From the NCBI GenBank assembly GCA_038114965.1, contig JAYNRW010000002.1, positions 1 to 31,291 on the forward strand: a stretch of DNA of 31,291 nucleotides. The letters are read 5' to 3'. The position numbers and the translations under genes are program-made. Positions 20,965 to 28,677 of this stretch are shown one piece after another; position 1 is the stretch's first letter; the number at the start of each line of letters is the position of its first letter. The notes beneath the pieces are model-generated. The model saw nothing but the letters and a program-made list of their open reading frames with translations. It was not told where the DNA came from and did not search any database. Source of the DNA: Flavobacteriaceae bacterium (lineage in GTDB: Bacteria; Bacteroidota; Bacteroidia; Flavobacteriales; Flavobacteriaceae).

Positions 20965-22119
20965 ATGAAAAATATTATTTATACTACAATATTATTTGTT
21001 TCATTAAGCCTTAATTCTCAAAATTGGATTAATGATTCAAATTGCGACTCTCAATCTTATGAGATACTAAACGAAGCAATTACGCATCTTGCAAATTTAG
21101 AGCAATTAACAGCTTTAGGTATGGCAAAAGCTGCTCAGATGGCAGATTCTGGATGTGAATGTGCTAAGTTGGTTATCGCTGCAACATCAACAACTAACCC
21201 TAATTTAGGAACAAGAAAAGCTAAATTAGATGCAGTTAATGTTCAACTTCTCTCACCTGAAGAAAAAGCTTGGTATGATCTTCTTGTTGAAACAACTAAA
21301 GGTGAAGAAAACACTTGGTCTGATGTATATTCAAACGCAGTTGAAAAGTTTTCAGATAGCCCTCTAATTAATTGGGTTGGAATTCGTGGAGGAAATTGGG
21401 ATGGATATATGGCGTTTTCTAAAAACTTTCCAGAAAATGCTTCTGCTGCTTTAAATATGGTTGCTTATGGATATGCATATGGTCAATATGGAGATTCACC
21501 TGATTTTGAAGCTGCATATGATGCTATTTCAAAATCAAGAGCCTTACACAATGGTCCAAATGCTTTAGATTCTAAAGCTGAAATCGCTGCCATGGAAGGT
21601 GATTATCAAAAGGCATTTAACAATCAGTTTAAAGCACGTGATTTTGCATTTTTCGCATCACCATATGATGCTAAACTTAGAACATATTGGAGAACTGTCA
21701 ATAAAGATGATCTGTCAAATTATTTGAAAGATGCTCAATCTAAACTTCAAGAAGCAATAACTACGGGTAACCTAGAAGAATACAAAAAGTATGTTGCAGA
21801 AGATATTGATTTAGTTACTGGTGATTCCAATCTTGGAGAATTTTATGTTTATTCAGATGACGATGTAACTCGTGAAAGAAATTTTACTTGGGATTCATTT
21901 GATTTAAAAGATATGGAAGTTCATTTTATGCCTGACATGACAATGGCAGTCATCACTTTTTATGCTGAAGGTTCCTATACATTTACTGATTCTAAAGAAA
22001 ATGTGAAGTATAGCACAAGAGCATCTTCAGTATGGATTGCTGCTGCTGATGGAAGTTGGAAATCAGTTCATTCAAATTGGGCTCCTATGAAAGATGGTGA
22101 AGGAATACCTGGAGAATAG
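20965..22119 (+). CDS. Secreted protein: helical TPR-like region plus C-terminal NTF2-like (SnoaL/DUF4440) domain
   Basis: Signal peptide. TPR-like segments (AALNMVAYGYA, PNALDSKAEIAAMEGDYQKA). The C-terminal ~130 aa show the NTF2-like pattern (helix, Y...VAED, V.F...MAVITFY, RASSVW...DGSWKSVHSNWAP). Confidence 0.65.
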   Translation: MKNIIYTTILFVSLSLNSQNWINDSNCDSQSYEILNEAITHLANLEQLTALGMAKAAQMADSGCECAKLVIAATSTTNPNLGTRKAKLDAVNVQLLSPEEKAWYDLLVETTKGEENTWSDVYSNAVEKFSDSPLINWVGIRGGNWDGYMAFSKNFPENASAALNMVAYGYAYGQYGDSPDFEAAYDAISKSRALHNGPNALDSKAEIAAMEGDYQKAFNNQFKARDFAFFASPYDAKLRTYWRTVNKDDLSNYLKDAQSKLQEAITTGNLEEYKKYVAEDIDLVTGDSNLGEFYVYSDDDVTRERNFTWDSFDLKDMEVHFMPDMTMAVITFYAEGSYTFTDSKENVKYSTRASSVWIAAADGSWKSVHSNWAPMKDGEGIPGE

Positions 22120-22137
22120 CCCTTCTTTTTAATTTTA

Positions 22138-22980
22138 TCAAAAACCCGACTGAGTTCGGGTTTTTTTTATGCTATAATATAAACCTGGTAGTGATGAAAC
22201 TGCTGCTGATATTGTAAATAATAGTCCAATACTAGTTGAAAGTTCACTTGAAAGACTTAATGTAGAAGCAGCTGAGAAAAAAACATATTCTCTAATTCCT
22301 ATTCCACCAAAAGAAAAAACAGATAGGACAGATGATATTATAAATACACTTAGAATCTCAAGAAAAAACGTATTTATTCCGAGTGCGAAAATTATTGATA
22401 TTATTGATAAAAATTGAAATAAATGAACAATTATAGATAAAATAAAGCTTTTAGAATATCCTTTATTGTCTTTAAAAATTAATTTAACAAGATTTAACCC
22501 AATTAAATAAATTATAAAAATTGATAAAAATTTAATTGAATAATTTAAATCAAATAACAATCCATTTTCTAAAAATATGATTAGCATGAAAAGAACACCC
22601 AAGCCAATTAATCTGTCTTGAATAATTAATTTTATTGTGTTTTTTACTTTCCAACTATAAAATTTTTTCATTAAATATGTTTTATATAAATCACCACCAA
22701 TTCCGCCAGGAACAAAAAAATTGTAAAACATTCCTATCAGATATAATTTACCATTTTCTTTGAACGATAATTTATAACCATTCACGCTCATTAAGTTTCT
22801 AAGTCTTTCCGATGATATTATTTGAGAAATAAAATATAAAATAGGACTTAGTGAAAATAACATTAAGTCTGATTCCTTGAGAACTAAGGTCAATGAATTT
22901 ATATTAATTTTTGAAAATGTTAGATATATAAACAAAACACTTAAAGAAATCTGGATAATTGATAACAATGTTTTTTTCAC
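22138..22980 (-). CDS. Lysylphosphatidylglycerol-synthase-TM / YbhN (UPF0104) family membrane protein
   Basis: Motifs S.RLR.L, LYLIGMFYNFFVPGGIGGDLYK, DRLIGL and GGIGIRE; multi-TM. GTG start. Confidence 0.85.
   Translation of the reverse strand: MKKTLLSIIQISLSVLFIYLTFSKININSLTLVLKESDLMLFSLSPILYFISQIISSERLRNLMSVNGYKLSFKENGKLYLIGMFYNFFVPGGIGGDLYKTYLMKKFYSWKVKNTIKLIIQDRLIGLGVLFMLIIFLENGLLFDLNYSIKFLSIFIIYLIGLNLVKLIFKDNKGYSKSFILSIIVHLFQFLSIISIIFALGINTFFLEILSVFIISSVLSVFSFGGIGIREYVFFSAASTLSLSSELSTSIGLLFTISAAVSSLPGLYYSIKKTRTQSGF
22140..22168. terminator. Bidirectional intrinsic terminator, encoded inside the 3' end of the UPF0104 gene
   Basis: AAAAACCCGA-CTGAGT-TCGGGTTTTT inverted repeat, with T8 following on the + strand and T5 following on the - strand. 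Confidence 0.85.
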
Positions 22981-22984
22981 ACTT

Positions 22985-22992
22985 CAAACTTA
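22985..22992 (-). promoter_or_regulatory. -7 promoter element 4 nt upstream of the UPF0104 GTG start
   Basis: The minus strand reads TAAGTTTG (TAnnTTTG). Confidence 0.6.
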
Positions 22993-23038
22993 CAACTTTG
23001 ATTAATTAGATTTAAATAGATATAAAAAGAACTTCTAT

Positions 23039-23073
23039 CGTTATTTTTTTAATCATTACTAAAATATATTTGG
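23039..23073 (+). promoter_or_regulatory. Promoter/operator region of the TonB-dependent receptor
   Basis: CGTTATTTT (23039-23047), an imperfect dyad TTTTAATCATTACTAAAA (23047-23064) and the -7 element TATATTTG (23065-23072). Confidence 0.65.
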
Positions 23074-23090
23074 CGACATAAATTTTAGTT

Positions 23091-25115
23091 ATTAAAAAAC
23101 TTATTTTAATCTTTTTTTTCATTGTTAATCTAACAATTCAATCTCAGGAAAGATCTTATGATTCTTTAAAGTTAGATGAGGTATTTATAACTGCAAGTAA
23201 GATTGAAAGAAATATTTCATCAGCACCATTAAATTCTATTTTGATAAAAAAAGAAAAAATTGAAAATTATGCTTCAATAAGGTTAGATGATATATTAAGA
23301 GAAGAAAATGGATTATTTACGGTTCCAGACAATACAGTGCCGGGTGTCGAGGGTATTCAAATACAAGGTTTATCTTCTGATTATGTTCAGATTCTAGTAG
23401 ATGGAGTTCCAAGTGTTGGTAGACTTTCTGGAAATTTGGATTTAAATCGATTTGCTGTTTCCAATTTAGAAAGAATTGAAATAGTTAAAGGCCCATCTTC
23501 CTCATTATATGGTTCTTCGGCAATTGGTGGAGTAATTAATTTAATTACTAAGAAGAATTTTGATGATAAAATCAATTTTCACTTTGATCAGTCTGTAGGT
23601 TCAAATAAATTATTTGATTCAAACATTTTAATTTCAAAAAAAATAAAAAATAACAATATTTCTTTTTCATACAATCGGTTATCTTCAAATGGTTATGATT
23701 TAGACAATAATGATGGATTTAGAACAGTAGATCCTTATAAAAATCATACTTTTTCAGGCGTATATAATGCTGATTTCAAAAATGATTTTGCGCTTTTTCA
23801 ATCAATAAAATTTTATAAACAAGATCAAAATTCATTGAATTCAAATAATAAACAAGTAGAAAATAGCTCTCATACAAAATTTTCGAAGAAGTTTAAAAAA
23901 AATATCAAAACTGAATTAGAGTTATATTACACAGAATTTAATAATGATGAGTTTTTATCAAGTGGTGATTTATCTTCATTTTTTTATCATAAATTATTAA
24001 AATCCGAAATAAGATTTTTTAAAAATTTAAAAAATAATTCAAGTTTAACCACAGGAATTTCACTTGAAAATGAACTATTAAATAGATCATTTTTTTCAGG
24101 AAATGTAAAATCTAATTTAGTTAATGTATACTTTCAATATGATAAGTTAATTAATAATAAAATTAATTTCATTATTGGATCTAGATTTGATAATCATAGT
24201 GATTACGAAAATGAATTAAGTTCCAAGTTGTCATTAAAGTATTTTTTATCCAACAGCATCTCATTCAGTGCATCTATTGGTCAAGGGTTTAAAGCTCCTG
24301 ATTTTAGACAACTTTATTTAAATTTTTCAAACAGTATCACTGGTTATTCCGTTTTTGGTAAGTTCGAAGAAATTAATGGAATCAATAGACTATTTAATAA
24401 TAATCAATTATTAAATCTATTAATTCAAAAAAATGAGTTAGGAGGTGAGTTATATCCCGAACAATCAGTTGGTTTAAATTTTGCCTTCAAACTAAATCTT
24501 CAAAACTTTACCAGTTCAATTAATTTTTTTAGAAATGATATTAAAAACTTAATAGATACTAGAATTTTAGCTACTAAAGTAAATGGTCAAAATGTTTTTG
24601 GATATGTAAATATTGATAAAATATTTACTCAAGGAATTGAGTTTAATAATGATATTTCAATATTTGAAAATTTTGATATAAATTTTGGATATCAATTATT
24701 ATTTGCTCGTGATAAGGAAAACTTTAGAAATATTAAAAATGGTAATGTTTACGCTAGAGATCCAAACACTCTTCAAAGTATTGTAATTAAAAGAAATCAG
24801 TATTTAGGCCTTCCTAATCGATCAAGACATAATATTAATTTAAATCTTGGCTATAAAAACAATATCTTTTTAAGATTTATGTATCGATCTAAATTTGGAA
24901 TTTATGATACCAATGGCAATGAATTAATAGATAACTATGATTTATCAATTGTTAAGCCTTCAATTAATTTCAATGCAACATATTCTTTAAAAATATTTAA
25001 AAAAGCAATGCTTGCAATAACAGTTAAAAACATTACTAATTATACTAATACAGATTTTTTACCCAATATTTCTGGAAGAGAATATCATTTAAAATTTTCT
25101 TATGATATTAATTAG
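23091..25115 (+). CDS. TonB-dependent receptor, probable heme receptor (HmuR-like); start extended to a putative ATT at 23091
   Basis: Plug motifs (IQIQGL...YVQILVDG.P; IEIVKGPSSSLYGS.AIGGVINLIT) and barrel motifs (RFDNHS.Y, GFKAPDFRQLY, L.PE.S). The frame stays open 50 codons upstream of the track's TTG and encodes a signal peptide and TonB box (LDEVFITAS). Heme specificity is inferred from the nearby HmuY. Confidence 0.85.
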   Translation: MKKLILIFFFIVNLTIQSQERSYDSLKLDEVFITASKIERNISSAPLNSILIKKEKIENYASIRLDDILREENGLFTVPDNTVPGVEGIQIQGLSSDYVQILVDGVPSVGRLSGNLDLNRFAVSNLERIEIVKGPSSSLYGSSAIGGVINLITKKNFDDKINFHFDQSVGSNKLFDSNILISKKIKNNNISFSYNRLSSNGYDLDNNDGFRTVDPYKNHTFSGVYNADFKNDFALFQSIKFYKQDQNSLNSNNKQVENSSHTKFSKKFKKNIKTELELYYTEFNNDEFLSSGDLSSFFYHKLLKSEIRFFKNLKNNSSLTTGISLENELLNRSFFSGNVKSNLVNVYFQYDKLINNKINFIIGSRFDNHSDYENELSSKLSLKYFLSNSISFSASIGQGFKAPDFRQLYLNFSNSITGYSVFGKFEEINGINRLFNNNQLLNLLIQKNELGGELYPEQSVGLNFAFKLNLQNFTSSINFFRNDIKNLIDTRILATKVNGQNVFGYVNIDKIFTQGIEFNNDISIFENFDINFGYQLLFARDKENFRNIKNGNVYARDPNTLQSIVIKRNQYLGLPNRSRHNINLNLGYKNNIFLRFMYRSKFGIYDTNGNELIDNYDLSIVKPSINFNATYSLKIFKKAMLAITVKNITNYTNTDFLPNISGREYHLKFSYDIN

Positions 25116-25983
25116 AATTCAGGAACTTTTTTGGTGTTGTTCCAAATTTCTTTTTGAATGCATTTATAAAGTGGCTTGATGTGCTGTAACCTAAATGCAA
25201 AGCAACTTCATTTACATTATGATTTTTTGATGTCAACATTTGACTTGCAACATTCATTTTATGTTCAAATAAATATCCAAAAACTGTGTTACCATAAACT
25301 TGTTTGAAGCCTTCTTTTAAGTTTTTTACTGAGATATCAACTTCGCTCGAAAGTTCAATTAAAGATGGTGGTTCAGTCATTTTAGAAATAATAATTTCTT
25401 TTGCATCTCTAATTTTTTTTACATTATTGTCGTCTGATAAAAATGGACAAACATCAATGTTTGGATTACTAGATGCATTAAAGTAAATACTTAATAATTC
25501 AAAAATTTTTCCTCTTATATATAAAGACTTTACATTTTTTCCGATTTTTTCATTGATAATTTGATTTAAAACAGCAATCATTGTAGGAGATAGGGGTTTA
25601 TCTTTGTAAAATTTTTTATTGATATTATTTTCACTAAGAAATGGAATAGTTTGAGAATCTTTTGAAAATAAGCCATGTAGCTTTTCAATGCTTATTAAAA
25701 CACTAATTAACCTTGAGTCCTTTTCAATTCTAACATCAATTGGTAAGGCTGTTATTGGATTATAGAGTAAGATAGACATTTCATTATCTAGAGGAAGACA
25801 GTAACTACCCTTATTATAAATGAAATTACACTTACCTTTTAGGCAAAAATGAAATTGAATAAAATTTTTATCAGTCTCAAAAAAAATTGATTTAGTTTCA
25901 TTATCAATATTTATGAATTTGTATAATGTAAGCTCATCGTCAATCCAAAATTTTACATCAGAACTTATTTCGATATTTTTCAC
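25108..25983 (-). CDS. AraC family transcriptional regulator
   Basis: C-terminal double HTH (PPSL.ELS......KNLKEGFKQVYG.TV; VNEVA..LGYSTSSHFINAFKKKFGTTP) and N-terminal cupin-like IQFHFCLKG. Cys-Pro (DVCPF) in the linker. GTG start. Confidence 0.93.
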   Translation of the reverse strand: MKNIEISSDVKFWIDDELTLYKFINIDNETKSIFFETDKNFIQFHFCLKGKCNFIYNKGSYCLPLDNEMSILLYNPITALPIDVRIEKDSRLISVLISIEKLHGLFSKDSQTIPFLSENNINKKFYKDKPLSPTMIAVLNQIINEKIGKNVKSLYIRGKIFELLSIYFNASSNPNIDVCPFLSDDNNVKKIRDAKEIIISKMTEPPSLIELSSEVDISVKNLKEGFKQVYGNTVFGYLFEHKMNVASQMLTSKNHNVNEVALHLGYSTSSHFINAFKKKFGTTPKKFLNSN

Positions 25984-26095
25984 TTTAATAAATTAAATTT
26001 TAGTATTAACAATTTGTGTGCCTAATTCTAATATTCATCATAAATATAAATATTTAATTCATCAATTCTCCTTTTGATATTATTTGTTCCTCATG

Positions 26096-26130
26096 CGTTA
26101 TTTTAGTTAGAATGGGGTTTTTATTTTTGG
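26096..26130 (+). promoter_or_regulatory. Promoter/operator region of hmuY
   Basis: CGTTATTTT (26096-26104) and the -7 element TATTTTTG (26122-26129), with the same spacing as at the receptor promoter. Confidence 0.65.
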
Positions 26131-26149
26131 ACCCTAATTAAATAATAAT

Positions 26150-26758
26150 ATGAAACATTTTAAACTCTTATTGATGCTAACTTTTTTGTTTGTATCATGT
26201 AGCAATGAAGAAGAACAACTACCTGTAATATCTGCTGTTTACAATAATTTACATGCTCCGCAAGAAGGCGGTCAAGGTCAACCTATCTCAGGCCCATTTA
26301 CGAAGTTTAGTTTTGAAACTGGACAAACTACTTCAGGAAATGATTGGGATGTGGCGTTTAGAGGAACAACTATACTTGTTAATGGTGGTTCAGAAGTTGG
26401 TATTGGTGATGAACCAGCTAGAACTGGAGAAGGTGCTGTTTCAATTGTTGACGGTGTTTTTAATTCTGTTTTAAGTGCTGATGGTTTAGCTTTCTCACAA
26501 GATTCATCATCAGGAACTGCTGTGCTTCCTGGAAGCGGAAATGGATGGTATGTTTACAACCCTCAAGCTTATTTGATAACCCCTATTCCTGGAAAAATTT
26601 TAGTTTTTAAAACTAATAATGGACACTATGCGAAGCTTGAAATTTTAAGTTATTATAAAGATGCACCATCAAGCCCAAATGCAATGCAAGATCCATCTAG
26701 ATATTATACATTCAATTATGTTTATAATCCTAATAAGGGAAATATGGATCTTCAATAA
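26150..26758 (+). CDS. hmuY: HmuY family heme-binding lipoprotein
   Basis: Lipobox LFVSC and the HmuY motifs WDVAF, NGG, GWY.Y, YAKLEILSYY and YYTF.Y. Confidence 0.9.
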   Translation: MKHFKLLLMLTFLFVSCSNEEEQLPVISAVYNNLHAPQEGGQGQPISGPFTKFSFETGQTTSGNDWDVAFRGTTILVNGGSEVGIGDEPARTGEGAVSIVDGVFNSVLSADGLAFSQDSSSGTAVLPGSGNGWYVYNPQAYLITPIPGKILVFKTNNGHYAKLEILSYYKDAPSSPNAMQDPSRYYTFNYVYNPNKGNMDLQ

Positions 26759-26780
26759 TTATTGAATATTTACATAGAAG

Positions 26781-26810
26781 AAAAACCTCGAATATTCGAG
26801 GTTTTTTTTT
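26781..26810 (+). terminator. Intrinsic terminator downstream of hmuY
   Basis: Perfect 26-bp palindrome AAAAACCTCGAAT-ATTCGAGGTTTTT (26781-26806) running into T9 (26802-26810). Confidence 0.88.
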
Positions 26811-26821
26811 ATATTAAATTA

Positions 26822-27253
26822 ATGTTTCGTTATTTAATTTTAGTTTTTTTATTTTCTTTCTTCAATTTAAACTCTCAAACTTTGTCAACTCATGATTCAA
26901 TTTTAATCACAAGTGTCATGGATAAACAAAAACAAGCATGGAATAATTTTGATATTGATGAATTTATGAAAGGTTATTTAAATTTTGAAAATTTGGTTTT
27001 TTCTGGTAAAAATGGACCTGTATATGGATGGGATAATATTAAAGAAAGATATTTGAGAGCATACTCAAGTAAAGATGAAATGGGAGAATTATCTTTTAAA
27101 ATTGATAATATTTTTATGATTGATTATAACTCAGCAATTCTTATTGGAAGATTTTTTCTAAAAAGAATAGTTGGTGATTTATCTGGTCATTTCACATTAG
27201 TTTTTAAAAAAGTAAATAATAAGTGGTTTATTATAAGTGACCACACTTCCTAA
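26822..27253 (+). CDS. Secreted NTF2-like (YybH/DUF4440) protein
   Basis: ATG 26822 gives the signal peptide MFRYLILVFLFSFFNLNSQ, then Q..AWN..DI..FM.GY, YGW......Y...Y....MG.L.F and W.IISDHTS. The track's TTG at 26762 would run through the hmuY terminator. Confidence 0.8.
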   Translation: MFRYLILVFLFSFFNLNSQTLSTHDSILITSVMDKQKQAWNNFDIDEFMKGYLNFENLVFSGKNGPVYGWDNIKERYLRAYSSKDEMGELSFKIDNIFMIDYNSAILIGRFFLKRIVGDLSGHFTLVFKKVNNKWFIISDHTS

Positions 27254-27255
27254 CT

Positions 27256-28677
27256 ATGAAAAGAAATATATTAATTACTTTATTTTTTTGTCAAATATTA
27301 ATTTCCCAAAATAATTGGGATAATCTAATCCATGAAGATCTATCCAACTGGGAAATAAAGCAAGGTTCAGCTGAATTTGAATTAAATGATGGAGTTATTT
27401 CATCTGTATCAATATTAAATTCACCAAGCACATATCTTGGAACAAAAGACTTTTATTCTGATTTTATTTTAGAATTTGAAGTTTTCGTTGATAAAGGTCT
27501 TAACTCCGGAGTTCAGTTCAGAAGTTTGATTAATGAAAATGCTAATAAATGGAATAAAGTATATGGGTATCAATGTGAATTAGATACTGATGAGTACAGA
27601 CGATGGTCTGGAGGTATTTATGATCAATCAAGAAGAGGATTGTTTTTGTATCCAATCACATACAGTGAAGAAAGTAGAAATTCATTTAAAAATAATCAAT
27701 GGAACAAGTTTAGAATTGAAGCCGTCGGAAACATAGTTAAAACATGGATTAATGGAGTTCAGTGTTCATACCTAATCGATGATACTTCAAAAAAAGGTTT
27801 TATTGCTCTTCAAATTCATAGCATTAACAAAGATGAAAATATTGGAAAAAAAGTTATGTGGAAAAATATTAGAATTTTAACATCAGATATTGAAAATAAT
27901 TTATGGAGCAATCAATCTCATGTAAGAATTATAAATAATGTTGATAATTTTTTAAGTGATGAAGAAATTCATTATGGATGGAAGTTTCTTTTTGATGGTG
28001 AAACAAGTAATGGATGGAAGAGTGCAAATAAAAATTCTTTTCCTGATCGTGGTTGGGAAATTAATGAAGGGATATTAAAGGTTTTAAAATCTGATGGGAG
28101 TGAATCAAATTTTGGAGGAGATATTGTTACCGTTGAGAAATTTTCAAATTTTGAATTAGAACTTGATTTTAAAATTTCAAAGGGGGCTAATAGTGGAATT
28201 AAATACTTTGTGGATACTGAAAAATATAAAGTTAACGGTTCTTCAATTGGTTTAGAATATCAAATTCTTGATGATTTCAATCATCCAGATGCTAACAAAG
28301 AAATCAGTGTTTATGAGTCAAATGGAAAAAATCAAGTATTGACAAAAAAATATATTAAAACTAATAGAACAGTCGCATCCTTGTACGACTTGATTGAAGC
28401 AGAAAACTTAATGGAAAATAGATCAAAAAGACCAGTAAGACCAAACACATGGCATAGAGCCAGAATTATTTCAAAAAATGGTCATGTAGAACATTGGTTA
28501 GATAATATTAAGGTTCTAGAATACAATAGATTTTCTCAAATGTTTAAATCACTAATTAAGTATTCGAAGTATTCTAAATATGAAGAATTTGGAAGATTAA
28601 ATGATGGTCACATACTACTTCAAGATCATGGAGATGAAGTAAGTTTTAAGAATATTAAAATTAGAAAATTGCTATGA
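27256..28677 (+). CDS. Tandem DUF1080 protein (3-keto-disaccharide hydrolase family), secreted
   Basis: Two copies of the domain pattern: NSGVQFRS / GYQCELD / WNKFRIEA / GFIALQIH and NSGIKY / EYQILDD / ASLYD / HVEHWL / GHILLQDHG. Confidence 0.9.
   Translation: MKRNILITLFFCQILISQNNWDNLIHEDLSNWEIKQGSAEFELNDGVISSVSILNSPSTYLGTKDFYSDFILEFEVFVDKGLNSGVQFRSLINENANKWNKVYGYQCELDTDEYRRWSGGIYDQSRRGLFLYPITYSEESRNSFKNNQWNKFRIEAVGNIVKTWINGVQCSYLIDDTSKKGFIALQIHSINKDENIGKKVMWKNIRILTSDIENNLWSNQSHVRIINNVDNFLSDEEIHYGWKFLFDGETSNGWKSANKNSFPDRGWEINEGILKVLKSDGSESNFGGDIVTVEKFSNFELELDFKISKGANSGIKYFVDTEKYKVNGSSIGLEYQILDDFNHPDANKEISVYESNGKNQVLTKKYIKTNRTVASLYDLIEAENLMENRSKRPVRPNTWHRARIISKNGHVEHWLDNIKVLEYNRFSQMFKSLIKYSKYSKYEEFGRLNDGHILLQDHGDEVSFKNIKIRKLL

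Noticed and set aside
26093-26141. Mini-ORFs MRYFS and MGFLFLDPN, and a weak TGGGGT/ACCCTA hairpin, upstream of hmuY as an attenuator
   Set aside because: They overlap the predicted promoter, so most of this sequence would lie upstream of +1. The stem is too weak.
26762-26821. N-terminal extension of the NTF2 protein
   Set aside because: It spans the hmuY terminator, and ATG 26822 gives a clean signal peptide.
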